Assembly (NCBI RefSeq): GCF_003367075.2
Contig: NZ_CP065936.1
Coordinates: forward strand, 1,500,001-1,532,000
Length of the DNA: 32,000 nt
Direction: 5' to 3'
From: Cylindrospermopsis raciborskii Cr2010
GTDB taxonomy: Bacteria; Cyanobacteriota; Cyanobacteriia; Cyanobacteriales; Nostocaceae
Part shown: piece by piece, positions 1-9,310 of the stretch
Layout: each line of letters begins with the position of its first letter
Position numbering within the stretch: position 1 is the first letter of the stretch
The notes under the pieces: model-generated
Seen by the model: only the letters and a program-made list of their open reading frames with translations
Told to the model about the DNA's origin: nothing
The model's database searches: none
Position numbers and translations under genes: made by a program

Positions 1-122
1 GTTTCATCGTAGTCTCAAGATGATTCTTGAGAGGTTTGTCTACTCCACAAGCTATCTCGGTAGAGCTTACCTGGGAGTTATTTAGTCCAGGGGGACGCAC
101 TATTACCGTCATTCGCAGTTAG
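1..122 (+). other. 3'-terminal remnant (or divergent end) of a third NTPase/PD-(D/E)XK-nuclease paralog
   Basis: Codons 84-119 (SPGGRTITVIRS), the stop at 120-122 and the ~80 bp that follow match the 3' ends and downstream spacers of the full-length copies (2161-2202, 3858-3906). Upstream of ~84 the similarity fades, and the same frame has TGA at 21-23. It is therefore probably a remnant rather than an intact gene end. Confidence 0.4.
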
Positions 123-202
123 TCGCGAAGCACTGGGTACGCGAAATCGCCATTGTTGTTTAAATCATTAATGTTAGGTTTCCTAGCGTCAACCCAACCT
201 AC
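123..202 (+). repeat. Spacer repeat module R0 (tcgcgaagcactgggta..cgccattgttgtttaaatcattaatgtt.ggtttc...caacccaacctac)
   Basis: Aligns by eye with 2203-2280 and partly with 3907-3943, in each case directly after the stop codon of an NTPase-nuclease gene. It ends in a degenerate version of the gttgggttt...aacccaac hairpin. Confidence 0.7.
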
Positions 203-210
203 AAACTTAA

Positions 211-465
<255 letters not shown>

Positions 466-492
466 TAATTTAATAACCAATACTGGTAAATG

Positions 493-524
493 AAAAGCTC
501 CTCACCTGGTGGGGGGCTTTTTTT
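493..524 (+). terminator. Rho-independent terminator downstream of the psbA fragment
   Basis: aaaagctcctc-acctggt-ggggggcttttttt: a GC-rich stem (with G-U pairs) of ~7-9 bp and a short loop, followed by a run of 7 T. Confidence 0.6.
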
Positions 525-608
525 ATGGCGTATTATTTGAGTAATGCCATGAGTTGAGGGTGTTGGGTGCTGGTTTCAATGAAGATCCCTTATGAGCTGG
601 TCTATAGA

Positions 609-657
609 GGTTCTAGAATAAAATCGGTAAGGTTATTTTTAAAAACTCCTTCTCACC
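609..657 (+). promoter_or_regulatory. Conserved leader upstream of NTPase-nuclease copy 1, with a candidate -10 TAGAAT at 614-619
   Basis: ggttctagaataaa..g.taaggttattttt..aaaa.ctcc..caccATG is shared with 2313-2358. TAGAAT lies 36-39 nt upstream of each ATG. I found no convincing conserved -35. Confidence 0.3.
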
Positions 658-2202
658 ATGCCCAAACACTTTAATACTGCTGGTCCTTGCCAATCTGATA
701 TCCACTATATGCTCTCCCCAACGGTTCGACTACCGGATTTGAAAGCACTAATTGATGGTCGCAATTACTTTATCATTCATGCGCCGCGACAAGTAGGCAA
801 AACCACCGCTATGATAGCTCTAGCTCAAGAATTGACTGATAGTGGGGAATACACCGCCGTCATGCTCTCTGTGGAAGTAGGATCGGGATTTTCCCATAAT
901 CCCCAGCAAGCGGAGCAGGTTATTTTACAAGAATGGAAACAGGCAATTAAGTTTTACTTACCCAAAGAACTACAACCATCCTATTGGCCAGAGGGTGAAA
1001 CAGACTCAGGAATAGGCAAAACTTTAAGTGAGTGGTCTACCCAATCTCCAAGACCTCTTGTAATCTTTTTAGATGAAATAGATTCCCTGACAGATGAAGC
1101 TTTAATCTTTATTTTAAGACAATTACGTTCGGGTTTTCCCCGTCGTCCCCGGGCGTTTCCCCATTCGGTGGGGTTGATTGGTATGCGGGATGTGCGGGAC
1201 TATAAGGTTAAATCCGGTGGAAGTGAAAGACTTAATACTTCCAGTCCTTTCAATATCAAGGCTGAGTCTTTAACCCTCAGTAATTTTACTTTATCAGAAG
1301 TAGAAGAACTTTACTTACAACATACACAAGCTACAGGACAGGTGTTTACCCCGGAAGCCATCCATCAGGCATTTTATTTGACCGATGGACAACCGTGGTT
1401 AGTCAACGCCCTAGCTCGTCAAGCTACCCAGGTTTTGGTGAAAGACATTACCCAACCCATTACTGCTGAAGTCATTAACCGAGCCAAAGAAATTCTCATT
1501 CAGCGCCAGGATACTCATTTAGACAGCTTAGCAGAAAGATTACGGGAAGAGCGGGTCAAAACCATTATTGAACCAATTTTAGCAGGTGAAGATTTACCTG
1601 ATGTACCCCAGGATGATATTCGTTACGTCCTGGATTTAGGACTGTGTCGAGACCGAGGACAGGGTTTGGAAATTGCCAATCCAATTTATCGGGAAGTTCT
1701 ACCCTTGGTGTTAAGTTACACAACCAGAGCTTCCATTGGAGTTATTGAACCTCGTTGGTTAAATGAACAGGGGGAGCTATTACCCGATGAATTATTGGAA
1801 GCATTTCTGGAGTTTTGGCGACAACATGGGGAACCACTACTCAAAAGTGCGCCCTATCATGAAATCGCTCCCCATTTAGTGTTAATGGCATTTTTACATC
1901 GGGTGGTAAATGGTGGTGGTACGTTAGAACGGGAATATGCCATTGGTTCTGGAAGGATGGATATTTGTTTACGCTATGGCAAAGTGGTGATGGGCATAGA
2001 GTTAAAGGTGCGGAAAGAAAAGTTAGATCCCTTAACCAAGGGTTTGACCCAACTGGATAAATACTTGGGTGGGCTAGGATTGGATACAGGTTGGTTAGTG
2101 ATTTTTGATCGCCGTGCGGGATTACCACCCATGGGCGAGAGAATTAGTACGGAAGAGGTCATTAGTCCAGGGGGACGAACCATTACCGTTATTCGTAGTT
2201 AG
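658..2202 (+). CDS. P-loop NTPase (AAA/ORC-like) fused to a C-terminal PD-(D/E)XK-type nuclease domain, tandem copy 1
   Basis: 514-aa ORF. Walker A is HAPRQVGKTT and Walker B is LVIFLDEID. The C-terminus has TLEREY...GRMDICLRYGKVVMGIELKV (E...D-x13-ExK). The N-terminal FNTAGPC..IHYM signature is typical of a cyanobacterial 'AAA-like ATPase' family. Confidence 0.85.
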   Translation: MPKHFNTAGPCQSDIHYMLSPTVRLPDLKALIDGRNYFIIHAPRQVGKTTAMIALAQELTDSGEYTAVMLSVEVGSGFSHNPQQAEQVILQEWKQAIKFYLPKELQPSYWPEGETDSGIGKTLSEWSTQSPRPLVIFLDEIDSLTDEALIFILRQLRSGFPRRPRAFPHSVGLIGMRDVRDYKVKSGGSERLNTSSPFNIKAESLTLSNFTLSEVEELYLQHTQATGQVFTPEAIHQAFYLTDGQPWLVNALARQATQVLVKDITQPITAEVINRAKEILIQRQDTHLDSLAERLREERVKTIIEPILAGEDLPDVPQDDIRYVLDLGLCRDRGQGLEIANPIYREVLPLVLSYTTRASIGVIEPRWLNEQGELLPDELLEAFLEFWRQHGEPLLKSAPYHEIAPHLVLMAFLHRVVNGGGTLEREYAIGSGRMDICLRYGKVVMGIELKVRKEKLDPLTKGLTQLDKYLGGLGLDTGWLVIFDRRAGLPPMGERISTEEVISPGGRTITVIRS

Positions 2203-2307
2203 TCGCGAAGCACTGGGTATGCGTCGCCATTGTTGTTTAAATCATTAATGTTGGGTTTCATACTTCAACCCAACCTACGTTCATCTTATATTTAATTCCA
2301 CCCACCT
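2203..2307 (+). repeat. Spacer repeat module R1, whose right part (2250-2307) equals the right half of the MITE-like element
   Basis: 2203-2249 matches 123-170. 2250-2307 (gttgggtttcatacttcaacccaacctacgttcatcttatatttaattccacccacc) is near-identical to 25900-25957 and to the reverse complement of 17554-17611. Confidence 0.75.
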
Positions 2308-2312
2308 ACTTA

Positions 2313-2358
2313 GGTTCTAGAATAAAGTTGTTAAGGTTATTTTTTCAAAACCTCCACC
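2313..2358 (+). promoter_or_regulatory. Conserved leader upstream of NTPase-nuclease copy 2, with a candidate -10 TAGAAT at 2318-2323
   Basis: Same conserved leader as 609-657. Confidence 0.3.
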
Positions 2359-3906
2359 ATGCCCAAACACTTTAACACTGCTGGACCATGTAAAGCTAAC
2401 ATCCACTATATGCTCTCCCCCACCGCTCGCTTACCGGAGTTAAAAGCGCTAATTGATGGAGAAAATTACTTTATCATTCATGCGCCGCGACAAGTAGGCA
2501 AAACCACCGCTATGATAGCCCTCGCTCAAGAATTGACTGATAGTGGGGAATACACCGCCGTAATGCTCTCTGTGGAAGTAGGATCAGGATTTTCCCATAA
2601 TCCCCAGCAAGCGGAGCAGGTTATTTTACAAGAATGGAAACAGGCAATTAAGTTTTACTTACCCAAAGAACTACAACCATCCTATTGGCCAGAGAGTGAA
2701 ACAGACTCAGGAATAGGCAAAACTTTAAGTGAGTGGTCTACCCAATCTCCAAGACCTCTTGTAATCTTTTTAGATGAAATAGATTCCCTAACAGATGAAG
2801 CTTTAATCTTTATTTTAAGACAATTACGTTCAGGTTTTCCCCGTCGTCCCCGGGCGTTTCCCCATTCGGTGGGGTTGATTGGTATGCGGGATGTGCGGGA
2901 CTATAAGGTTAAATCCGGTGGAAGTAAAAGACTTAATACTTCCAGTCCTTTCAATATCAAGGCTGAGTCTTTAACCCTCAGTAATTTTACTTTATCAGAA
3001 GTAGAAGAACTTTACTTACAACATACGCAAGCTACGGGACAGGTGTTTACCCCGGAAGCCATCCATCAGGCATTTTATTTGACCGATGGACAACCGTGGT
3101 TAGTTAACGCCCTAGCTCGTCAAGCTACTCAGGTTTTAGTGAAAGATATCACCCAACCCATTACTGCTGAAGTGATTAACCAAGCCAAGGAAATTCTGAT
3201 TCGACGCCAGGATACCCATTTAGATAGCTTGGCAGAAAGATTACGGGAAGATAGGGTCAGGGACATTATTCAACCTATGTTAGCTGGTGAAGACTTAGCT
3301 GATACGCCAGAAGATAACTTACGATACGTGTTAGATCTGGGTTTATGCCGTCGCGATCGCGGGGGTGGACTGGAAATTGCTAACCCTATTTATCGAGAGA
3401 TTTTACCTAAAGCTTTAGCCTCCGTGGCGATCGCCTCTTTAACTTCGGTGGAACCCAACTGGTTAAACCCTGATGGCACACTCAACCCTCAAATCCTATT
3501 AGACTCTTTTTTGGAATTTTGGCGACAACATGGGGAACCACTGCTCAAAAGTGCGCCCTACCATGAGATTGCTCCCCATTTGGTATTAATGGCATTTTTG
3601 CATCGGGTAGTGAATGGTGGTGGTACGTTAGAACGAGAATATGCCATTGGTTCTGGGAGGATGGATATTTGTTTACGCTATGGCAAAGTAGTGATGGGCA
3701 TAGAGTTAAAGGTGCGGAAGGAAAAGTTAGATCCGTTAACCAAGGGTTTAACCCAACTGGATAAATACCTGGATGGGTTAGGATTAGATACAGGTTGGTT
3801 AGTGATTTTTGATCGCCGTGCGGGGTTACCACCCATGGGAGAGAGAATGAGTACGGAGGAAGCTATTAGTCCGGGGGGACGAACCATTACTGTCATTCGC
3901 AGTTAG
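2359..3906 (+). CDS. P-loop NTPase fused to a PD-(D/E)XK-type nuclease domain, tandem copy 2
   Basis: 515-aa ORF with the same motifs as copy 1. It is near-identical to copy 1 except at aa 12-35 and aa ~275-385. Confidence 0.85.
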   Translation: MPKHFNTAGPCKANIHYMLSPTARLPELKALIDGENYFIIHAPRQVGKTTAMIALAQELTDSGEYTAVMLSVEVGSGFSHNPQQAEQVILQEWKQAIKFYLPKELQPSYWPESETDSGIGKTLSEWSTQSPRPLVIFLDEIDSLTDEALIFILRQLRSGFPRRPRAFPHSVGLIGMRDVRDYKVKSGGSKRLNTSSPFNIKAESLTLSNFTLSEVEELYLQHTQATGQVFTPEAIHQAFYLTDGQPWLVNALARQATQVLVKDITQPITAEVINQAKEILIRRQDTHLDSLAERLREDRVRDIIQPMLAGEDLADTPEDNLRYVLDLGLCRRDRGGGLEIANPIYREILPKALASVAIASLTSVEPNWLNPDGTLNPQILLDSFLEFWRQHGEPLLKSAPYHEIAPHLVLMAFLHRVVNGGGTLEREYAIGSGRMDICLRYGKVVMGIELKVRKEKLDPLTKGLTQLDKYLDGLGLDTGWLVIFDRRAGLPPMGERMSTEEAISPGGRTITVIRS

Positions 3907-3943
3907 GGCGATTGCCATTGTTGTTTAAATAATTAATGTTGGA
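3907..3943 (+). repeat. Truncated spacer repeat module R2
   Basis: ggcgattgccattgttgtttaaataattaatgttgga matches the central part of R0/R1 and then breaks off. Confidence 0.55.
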
Positions 3944-3990
3944 TCTTCCCCCCATATCTAGGGACAGGGGCTAGATCGCCCCATTTATGC

Positions 3991-5007
3991 TTATCTACCA
4001 AAAACAGTGCTGAGAGAACGAGCTATATTTTGTGGTTGCATAGCATCTATTGCTGCAGTTGGTTCATAACCACAATGCACCATACAATCGGCACATTTAG
4101 GATTACCACTAGCGCGCCCATACTTACTCCAATCGGTTTGGTCTAGCAACTCTTGGAAAGTTTGATAATAACCTTCGTTTAATAGGTAACAGGGTTTTTG
4201 CCATCCCAAAACACTGTAACTGGGACTACCCCAAGGAGTACATTCATAGTCCTTCTCACCAATGAGAAAATCCAAAAACAGGGGGTTGTGATTGAAGTTC
4301 CAGTTTTTCTTTCCTGATTGATAGGGGGCGAGAATTTCTCGGAATAATGCTCTAGTTTGTTCCCTTTGTAAAAAGTGATCTTGGTCTGGAGCCCATTCAT
4401 AACTGTAACCGGGAGAAATCATCATCCCATCAACTTTCAAGGTTTCTAGAAAATCAAAGAACCCTTGCATTTCTTCTACATTACAACCGGTGAAAATAGT
4501 GGTGTTGGTTGTAACGCGAAAACCTTGGGATTTAGCAGCACGAATTGCCGCTACAGCAACATCAAACACTCCTTTTCTATCTACACAGTGATCATGCCAC
4601 TCTTTCATTCCATCTAAATGAACACTAAAGGTAAGATAGGGAGATGGTTTGAACTTATGCAGGCTCTTTTCTAAAAGCAATCCGTTGGTACATAAGTATA
4701 CGTATTTTTTACGATCTACTAAACCCTGGACAATTTGATCAATTTGTGGGTGTAATAGGGGTTCTCCTCCCGGAATGGAAACTACTGGTGCACCACATTC
4801 TTCCACTGCTGCAAAACACTGCTCTGGTGACAAGTTTTGTTTAAGAACTTCCGTGGGATGCTGGATTTTTCCACACCCTGAACAGGCTAAGTTACAACGA
4901 AACAGTGGTTCTAACATCAAAACTAAAGGGAAGCGTTTTTTTCCTGATAGACGTTGTTTGAATAGGTACTTCCCAATATCCATCGCTTGTTGCAGATTAA
5001 TTGCCAT
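3991..5007 (-). CDS. hpnH: Adenosyl-hopene transferase, hopanoid-biosynthesis radical SAM protein HpnH
   Basis: 338 aa. The radical-SAM Cys triad is in [16 protein letters not shown]. Long stretches match HpnH as I remember it ([49 protein letters not shown]). Confidence 0.85.
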   Translation of the reverse strand: MAINLQQAMDIGKYLFKQRLSGKKRFPLVLMLEPLFRCNLACSGCGKIQHPTEVLKQNLSPEQCFAAVEECGAPVVSIPGGEPLLHPQIDQIVQGLVDRKKYVYLCTNGLLLEKSLHKFKPSPYLTFSVHLDGMKEWHDHCVDRKGVFDVAVAAIRAAKSQGFRVTTNTTIFTGCNVEEMQGFFDFLETLKVDGMMISPGYSYEWAPDQDHFLQREQTRALFREILAPYQSGKKNWNFNHNPLFLDFLIGEKDYECTPWGSPSYSVLGWQKPCYLLNEGYYQTFQELLDQTDWSKYGRASGNPKCADCMVHCGYEPTAAIDAMQPQNIARSLSTVFGR

Positions 5008-5018
5008 ACAAAACCCCT

Positions 5019-6005
5019 CTAGTATTTTACATAACCATTAGACACAAACCAACGGACAGCATCTTGGAGTGCTACCCGAACAGAAGACTGGGGTAGTCCT
5101 AAGATGCGGATGGCCTTGGAAGCATTATAATACATTGGTTGCTGTGCCATGCGAACTCCGTCTATAGGAACTGTGGGGGTTTTTCCTAAAGGTGCCAAAA
5201 CCTTCTCTTCTATCCAAGCTACACTTAATGGGATAAAAGATGGTAGGGACAATTGTGGTGCTTTGATTCCTGTGATTTCTGATAGTGTGTCTAGCAGTTG
5301 TTTTAAACTCAGATTTTCATTCCCTAAAATATAGCGATCGCCTGTTTTTCCTTTTTCTAGGGCCAGTAAATGTCCTTGAGCTACATCTCGCACATCAATA
5401 AAGTTTAAACCTGTGTTTACGTAAGCTGGCATTTGCTGGCGCAAAAATCTGAGAATAATATCTCCTGTGGGTGTGGGTTTAATGTCTAAAGGACCTATGG
5501 GACTGCTAGGATTGACTATTACTATGTCTTGACCTTCTTGAACAGCTGTTTTTGCCACCTGCTCTGCTAGAAATTTGGACTTTTTATAATCTCCTACTAG
5601 TTTGTTTAAGGGACTTTGGTGAGTCTCATCTACAATTTCTCCTGACTTTCCCACTCCTATAGCTGCTACAGAGCTGGTATAAACTGTCCGTTCAATTCCC
5701 GCTTTTTGAGCTGATCTTAAAAGATTGCGCGTCCCCTCTACATTATGATGATATAATAAGTGACGGTCTTTTTGCCACAGGGAATAATGAGCTGCTAGGT
5801 GAAACAGGTAATGACAACCCCGCATCTGCTCCCAGATTCCTGGGTCATTCAGATCCCCTATCACCATGTCTATTTCTAAACCCTTTAAGTTTTCTAGGCG
5901 GCTATTTTTACGTACTAGTGCTGTTACTTTATATTCCGATTGCAGTAAACATCTAACTACGTGAGCACCTACAAAACCCGTACCACCAGTGACAAAAGCC
6001 CGCAT
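5019..6005 (-). CDS. hpnA: Hopanoid-associated NAD-dependent sugar epimerase/dehydratase (HpnA-like, SDR family)
   Basis: 328 aa with an N-terminal Rossmann motif VTGGTGFVG and a YxxxK (YKKSK). It lies 11 bp upstream of hpnH on the same strand. Confidence 0.7.
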   Translation of the reverse strand: MRAFVTGGTGFVGAHVVRCLLQSEYKVTALVRKNSRLENLKGLEIDMVIGDLNDPGIWEQMRGCHYLFHLAAHYSLWQKDRHLLYHHNVEGTRNLLRSAQKAGIERTVYTSSVAAIGVGKSGEIVDETHQSPLNKLVGDYKKSKFLAEQVAKTAVQEGQDIVIVNPSSPIGPLDIKPTPTGDIILRFLRQQMPAYVNTGLNFIDVRDVAQGHLLALEKGKTGDRYILGNENLSLKQLLDTLSEITGIKAPQLSLPSFIPLSVAWIEEKVLAPLGKTPTVPIDGVRMAQQPMYYNASKAIRILGLPQSSVRVALQDAVRWFVSNGYVKY

Positions 6006-6057
6006 GTTATCCCCCCTCTATCTCGTCAATTTTGTATCTCTAGTTTGGATGTTAATC

Positions 6058-6258
6058 TTAGGGATCTTCAGGAAAAACCCATTTGGGTGGTTCCATTATC
6101 TTTTTCCGCAGTCTCTCCTCAGCTATTTCTAACATTTTATCGAGGGGGGTGTCCTGAATGAATTTTGTTGTGGCTGCTCTATACTCAGTATGGGGACATT
6201 TATCTCCTAGTACACAGCCATTAACACAGGCTTCGGCGCAATTAATTGTTGGTTCCAT
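6058..6258 (-). CDS. Small Cys-rich conserved hypothetical protein (66 aa)
   Basis: The ORF MEPTINCAEACVNGCVLGDKCPH... carries a CxxxCxxxCxxxxxC cluster followed by an amphipathic charged tail. The overlapping + strand ORFs look like junk. No family was recognized. Confidence 0.5.
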   Translation of the reverse strand: MEPTINCAEACVNGCVLGDKCPHTEYRAATTKFIQDTPLDKMLEIAEERLRKKIMEPPKWVFPEDP

Positions 6259-6269
6259 AGTTAGTTTTT

Positions 6270-7652
6270 ATGACAAAGTTATTATCTCATGCTGGGACGA
6301 TCGCCGCTATAGCTACTGCTGTTGTTCCCCAACAGGGTAGTGTGGGTATTGTGCGGGTTTCGGGTGACCAAGCAATGGCGATCGCCCATACTTTATTTTA
6401 TACTCCAGGGAAACAGATTTGGGAAAGTCACCGGATTTTGTATGGGTTTGTGCGTCAACCTGAAACCAAACAGGTTGTAGATGAAGCTTTATTACTGATT
6501 ATGAAAGCACCTCGGTCTTTCACTAGGGAAGACGTGGTAGAATTTCATTGTCATGGGGGAATCATACCAGTACAACAGGTATTACAGCTGTGTTTAGAAA
6601 ATGGTGCAAGATTAGCTCAACCGGGGGAATTTACCCTGAGAGCTTTTTTAAATGGTAGATTGGATTTAACCCAAGCTGAGAGCATAGCTGATTTAGTGGG
6701 TGCTAAATCTCCTCAAGCAGCACAAACAGCATTAGCGGGTTTGCGGGGGAAATTGGCTCGACCGATTAGATCCCTACGTAATCAGTGCTTGGATATTTTA
6801 GCGGAGATAGAAGCTAGAATTGACTTTGAAGAGGACTTACCCCCTCTAGACCAGGAAAGAATAATTACTCAAATAAATCAAATTAGTGTGAAAATTGCTA
6901 GGTTATTGAGCACTAAAGAGAAAGGTGAATTATTAAGAAGCGGTTTAAAAGTTGCTATTGTTGGTCGTCCCAATGTGGGAAAATCTAGTTTGTTAAATGC
7001 TTGGAGTCAATGCGATCGCGCTATAGTGACTGATTTACCGGGTACCACCCGGGATATAGTAGAGTCCCAGTTAGTGGTGGGGGGAATACCCATTCAAGTT
7101 TTGGATACTGCGGGAATTAGGGAAACAGTAGATCAGGTGGAAAAAATTGGGGTTGAGCGTTCCCGTCAAGCTGCTAACAGTGCGGATTTAGTATTATTGA
7201 CCATTGATGCTACAGCGGGTTGGCAAAGTGGAGATGAGGAAATTTATCAACAAGTAAAACACCGTCCATTGATCCTAGTTATCAACAAAATTGATCTAGT
7301 GGAAGATTTAGGGGGTATATGTAGTCCAAACATAGAGAAAGCGGTGAAAACTGCTGCTGCTCAAAACCGAGGAATTGAAGATTTAGAGCAAGCGATTCTA
7401 GAAGTAGTACAAACTCAAAAGATTGTAGCTGGGGATCTAGACCTAGCTATTAATCAAAGACAAGCAGCAGCTCTAATCAAAGCTCAAATAGATCTAGTAC
7501 AAGTGCAGAAAACCATTGTAGACCAATTACCCCTGGATTTTTGGACAATTGATTTAAGAGGAGCAATTCACGCACTGGGAGAAATTACCGGAGAAGAAGT
7601 AACCGAATCATTATTGGACCGCATCTTTAGTAGGTTCTGTATTGGGAAATAG
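6270..7652 (+). CDS. mnmE: tRNA uridine-5-carboxymethylaminomethyl modification GTPase MnmE (TrmE)
   Basis: 460 aa. TIAAIATA...[10 protein letters not shown] is at the N-terminus. The G-domain has [13 protein letters not shown] and NKID. The C-terminal CIGK tetrapeptide is characteristic of MnmE. Confidence 0.93.
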   Translation: MTKLLSHAGTIAAIATAVVPQQGSVGIVRVSGDQAMAIAHTLFYTPGKQIWESHRILYGFVRQPETKQVVDEALLLIMKAPRSFTREDVVEFHCHGGIIPVQQVLQLCLENGARLAQPGEFTLRAFLNGRLDLTQAESIADLVGAKSPQAAQTALAGLRGKLARPIRSLRNQCLDILAEIEARIDFEEDLPPLDQERIITQINQISVKIARLLSTKEKGELLRSGLKVAIVGRPNVGKSSLLNAWSQCDRAIVTDLPGTTRDIVESQLVVGGIPIQVLDTAGIRETVDQVEKIGVERSRQAANSADLVLLTIDATAGWQSGDEEIYQQVKHRPLILVINKIDLVEDLGGICSPNIEKAVKTAAAQNRGIEDLEQAILEVVQTQKIVAGDLDLAINQRQAAALIKAQIDLVQVQKTIVDQLPLDFWTIDLRGAIHALGEITGEEVTESLLDRIFSRFCIGK

Positions 7653-7994
7653 AGGATAAGGAGAGTTTTTATCCCAATCAGCATTATCTAACTTAGCACC
7701 CTGTAAATTAGCTTGGCGTAAATTTGTATAAAAGAGCATAGCGCCCCGCAGATCTGCACCTTCTAAGTTCGCATCACTTAGGTCAGCATAGCTTAAATCG
7801 CATCCGCGCAAATTAGCCCTACTTAGATTGGCACTGCTCAAATCGGCATAACTTAAATCAGAACCCTTTAAATCCAGATTATGCAAATCAGCTTCCCTTA
7901 GTTGTGCATTTTGGAAATATCTGATTCCCCCCGTGTAACTTTTCACCAGTTCGTCAGGACTATTGATTGGACGTGGAGTACTTACTTCGGACAT
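7611..7994 (-). CDS. Pentapeptide-repeat protein
   Basis: 127 aa with tandem A(D/N)Lxx repeats ([51 protein letters not shown]...). Confidence 0.85.
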   Translation of the reverse strand: MSEVSTPRPINSPDELVKSYTGGIRYFQNAQLREADLHNLDLKGSDLSYADLSSANLSRANLRGCDLSYADLSDANLEGADLRGAMLFYTNLRQANLQGAKLDNADWDKNSPYPLFPNTEPTKDAVQ

Positions 7995-8059
7995 ATAAAA
8001 GCCTCACATTTATAACTTTATGAAGATTTTGGTTTAATTTATTAATTTTTGGGGATGTT

Positions 8060-8077
8060 TCCTCACAAGTTCCTCAA
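8060..8077 (+). promoter_or_regulatory. 18-bp box TCCTCACAAGTTCCTCAA (TCCTCA-N5-TCCTCA) upstream of pflA
   Basis: Exact 18/18 identity with 26584-26601 upstream of nifJ, in the same orientation relative to the downstream operon, followed in both cases by nTTTT. The two hexamers are 11 bp apart. Confidence 0.45.
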
Positions 8078-8443
8078 ATTTTCCCAGTAGTCTTAAGGTA
8101 AATCAAAAATCAATCAGGAGAATTTAGAATTTCTGATTGTTGACTACCTTATAATCGCAATTTTATCACATTCACGACAACTTAGGGGGTGCAAAATGTA
8201 TCAACACTTAGAAATACCGGTAGGCGATTCAAATCTCTCTATGTCCTGTATACGGAATAACTCATGTACATCATCATATACTAAAACATTTAATTCAGTT
8301 GACTTTGGCTCAAAAATGGTCACTGGCAATTGTTTTCCCACAGGTAAAACACAAACAAATGCTAATGTATAATTTTGCCTACTTAATATGAAAGAAAACA
8401 GATCTTTGAATTCACCAATCTATCTAATTGTATTATATATCCC

Positions 8444-9214
8444 ATGAATGCCAGAACTTCTCAAAGTCTCAATCATTCGGGTTCTCAAATATTAGGTCAC
8501 ATTCACTCACTAGAAACCTGTGGTACGGTGGATGGTCCAGGTATAAGATTTGTCGTTTTCACCCAAGGCTGTTTATTAAGATGTTTGTATTGTCACAATC
8601 CTGACACCCGTGACATGAAAACAGGAAAAGAAATAACTGTAGGAGAACTAGTCACAGAAATAGAAAAATATAGGTCCTACATGAAATTTACTGGTGGGGG
8701 AGTTACCATTAGTGGTGGTGAACCCCTATTACAACCGGAATTTGTCCGAGAGGTTTTTCGTCAGTGTCAAAAATTAAACATTCATACTGCCTTAGATACT
8801 TCTGGATTTCCCGATTTAACCACCTCCAAGTCCGTACTAGAATTTGTAGACCTAGTTTTATTAGACATCAAGTCTTTTGATCCTAACACCTATCTTCATG
8901 TTACGGGAGTTTCCATCGAACCAACCTTGAGATTTGCCGAATATTTACAGGAGATTAATAAGCCAACATGGGTAAGATTTGTTCTAGTTCCCCATGTGAC
9001 AGATGGTAATGAAAACGTCCATCAACTAGCAAAGTTTGTATCCCAATTAAACAATGTGGAAAAAGTAGAAATTTTACCTTTTCACAAATTAGGTGAATAC
9101 AAATGGCATGAACTAGGATATCACTATGAACTTGGGAATACTATTCCTCCTAGTCTGGAAGAAATAGAGAAAGTCAAAGATATTTTCAAGCACTATGGAG
9201 TTAAGGTGGAATGA
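8444..9214 (+). CDS. pflA: Pyruvate formate-lyase activating enzyme (glycyl-radical activase, radical SAM)
   Basis: 256 aa. GPGIRFVVFTQGCLLRCLYCHNPDT carries the CxxxCxxC cluster and the family's N-terminal signature. The gene is adjacent to pflB. Confidence 0.92.
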   Translation: MNARTSQSLNHSGSQILGHIHSLETCGTVDGPGIRFVVFTQGCLLRCLYCHNPDTRDMKTGKEITVGELVTEIEKYRSYMKFTGGGVTISGGEPLLQPEFVREVFRQCQKLNIHTALDTSGFPDLTTSKSVLEFVDLVLLDIKSFDPNTYLHVTGVSIEPTLRFAEYLQEINKPTWVRFVLVPHVTDGNENVHQLAKFVSQLNNVEKVEILPFHKLGEYKWHELGYHYELGNTIPPSLEEIEKVKDIFKHYGVKVE

Positions 9215-9310
9215 ATCGGATTTTTAAAAACAAATCAAGTAACTGACACCCAATTTTCCATACCTAAGTTGACAACCTATATAGCTCATAAATTTACTAA
9301 AATTACCACC

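Noticed and set aside
1841-2183. Antisense ORFs 1841-2128 and 1974-2183, and their twins 3545-3832 and 3678-3896, inside the NTPase-nuclease genes
   Set aside because: They appear 'conserved' only because the sense genes are duplicated. Their sequences are low-complexity and Pro/Ser-rich, and they lie fully within well-supported sense CDSs.
3353-3360. GCGATCGC (HIP1) palindromes, e.g. at 3353, 3427, 5334, ~6378, ~7012, ~13931, ~18446, ~21197, ~21410, ~22866, ~24166, ~25462, ~26549, ~27073 and ~29268
   Set aside because: The strong over-representation is real, but it is a well-known cyanobacterial genome signature. I used it for taxonomic inference only, not as a novel feature.
4179-5334. ORFs 4179-4400(-), 4775-5041(+) and 5149-5334(+) overlapping hpnH/hpnA
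   Set aside because: They are off-frame or antisense to strongly supported hopanoid genes, and no family resemblance was seen.
5961-6340. Plus-strand ORFs 5961-6161 and 6158-6340
   Set aside because: They overlap the hpnA start, the Cys-rich minus-strand ORF and the mnmE start, and their translations look non-protein-like.
7611-7652. 42-bp overlap of the convergent 3' ends of mnmE and the pentapeptide-repeat gene
   Set aside because: Both reading frames look genuine (the MnmE CIGK terminus and a non-repeat tail on the pentapeptide protein). Convergent overlaps of this size occur in compact genomes, and nothing further could be supported.
8196-8372. 58-codon ORF (MYQHLEIPVGDSNLS...) with an AGGGGG upstream, in the long AT-rich pflA leader
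   Set aside because: It is below the track threshold, has a low-complexity composition and resembles no known family. It could equally be untranslated leader RNA, and I cannot support it as a gene.
9269-9310. TTG-initiated 14-codon N-terminal extension of adhE in the ORF track
   Set aside because: The ATG at 9311 gives an N-terminus that is colinear with known AdhE proteins, so the extension is probably an artefact of the longest-ORF rule.
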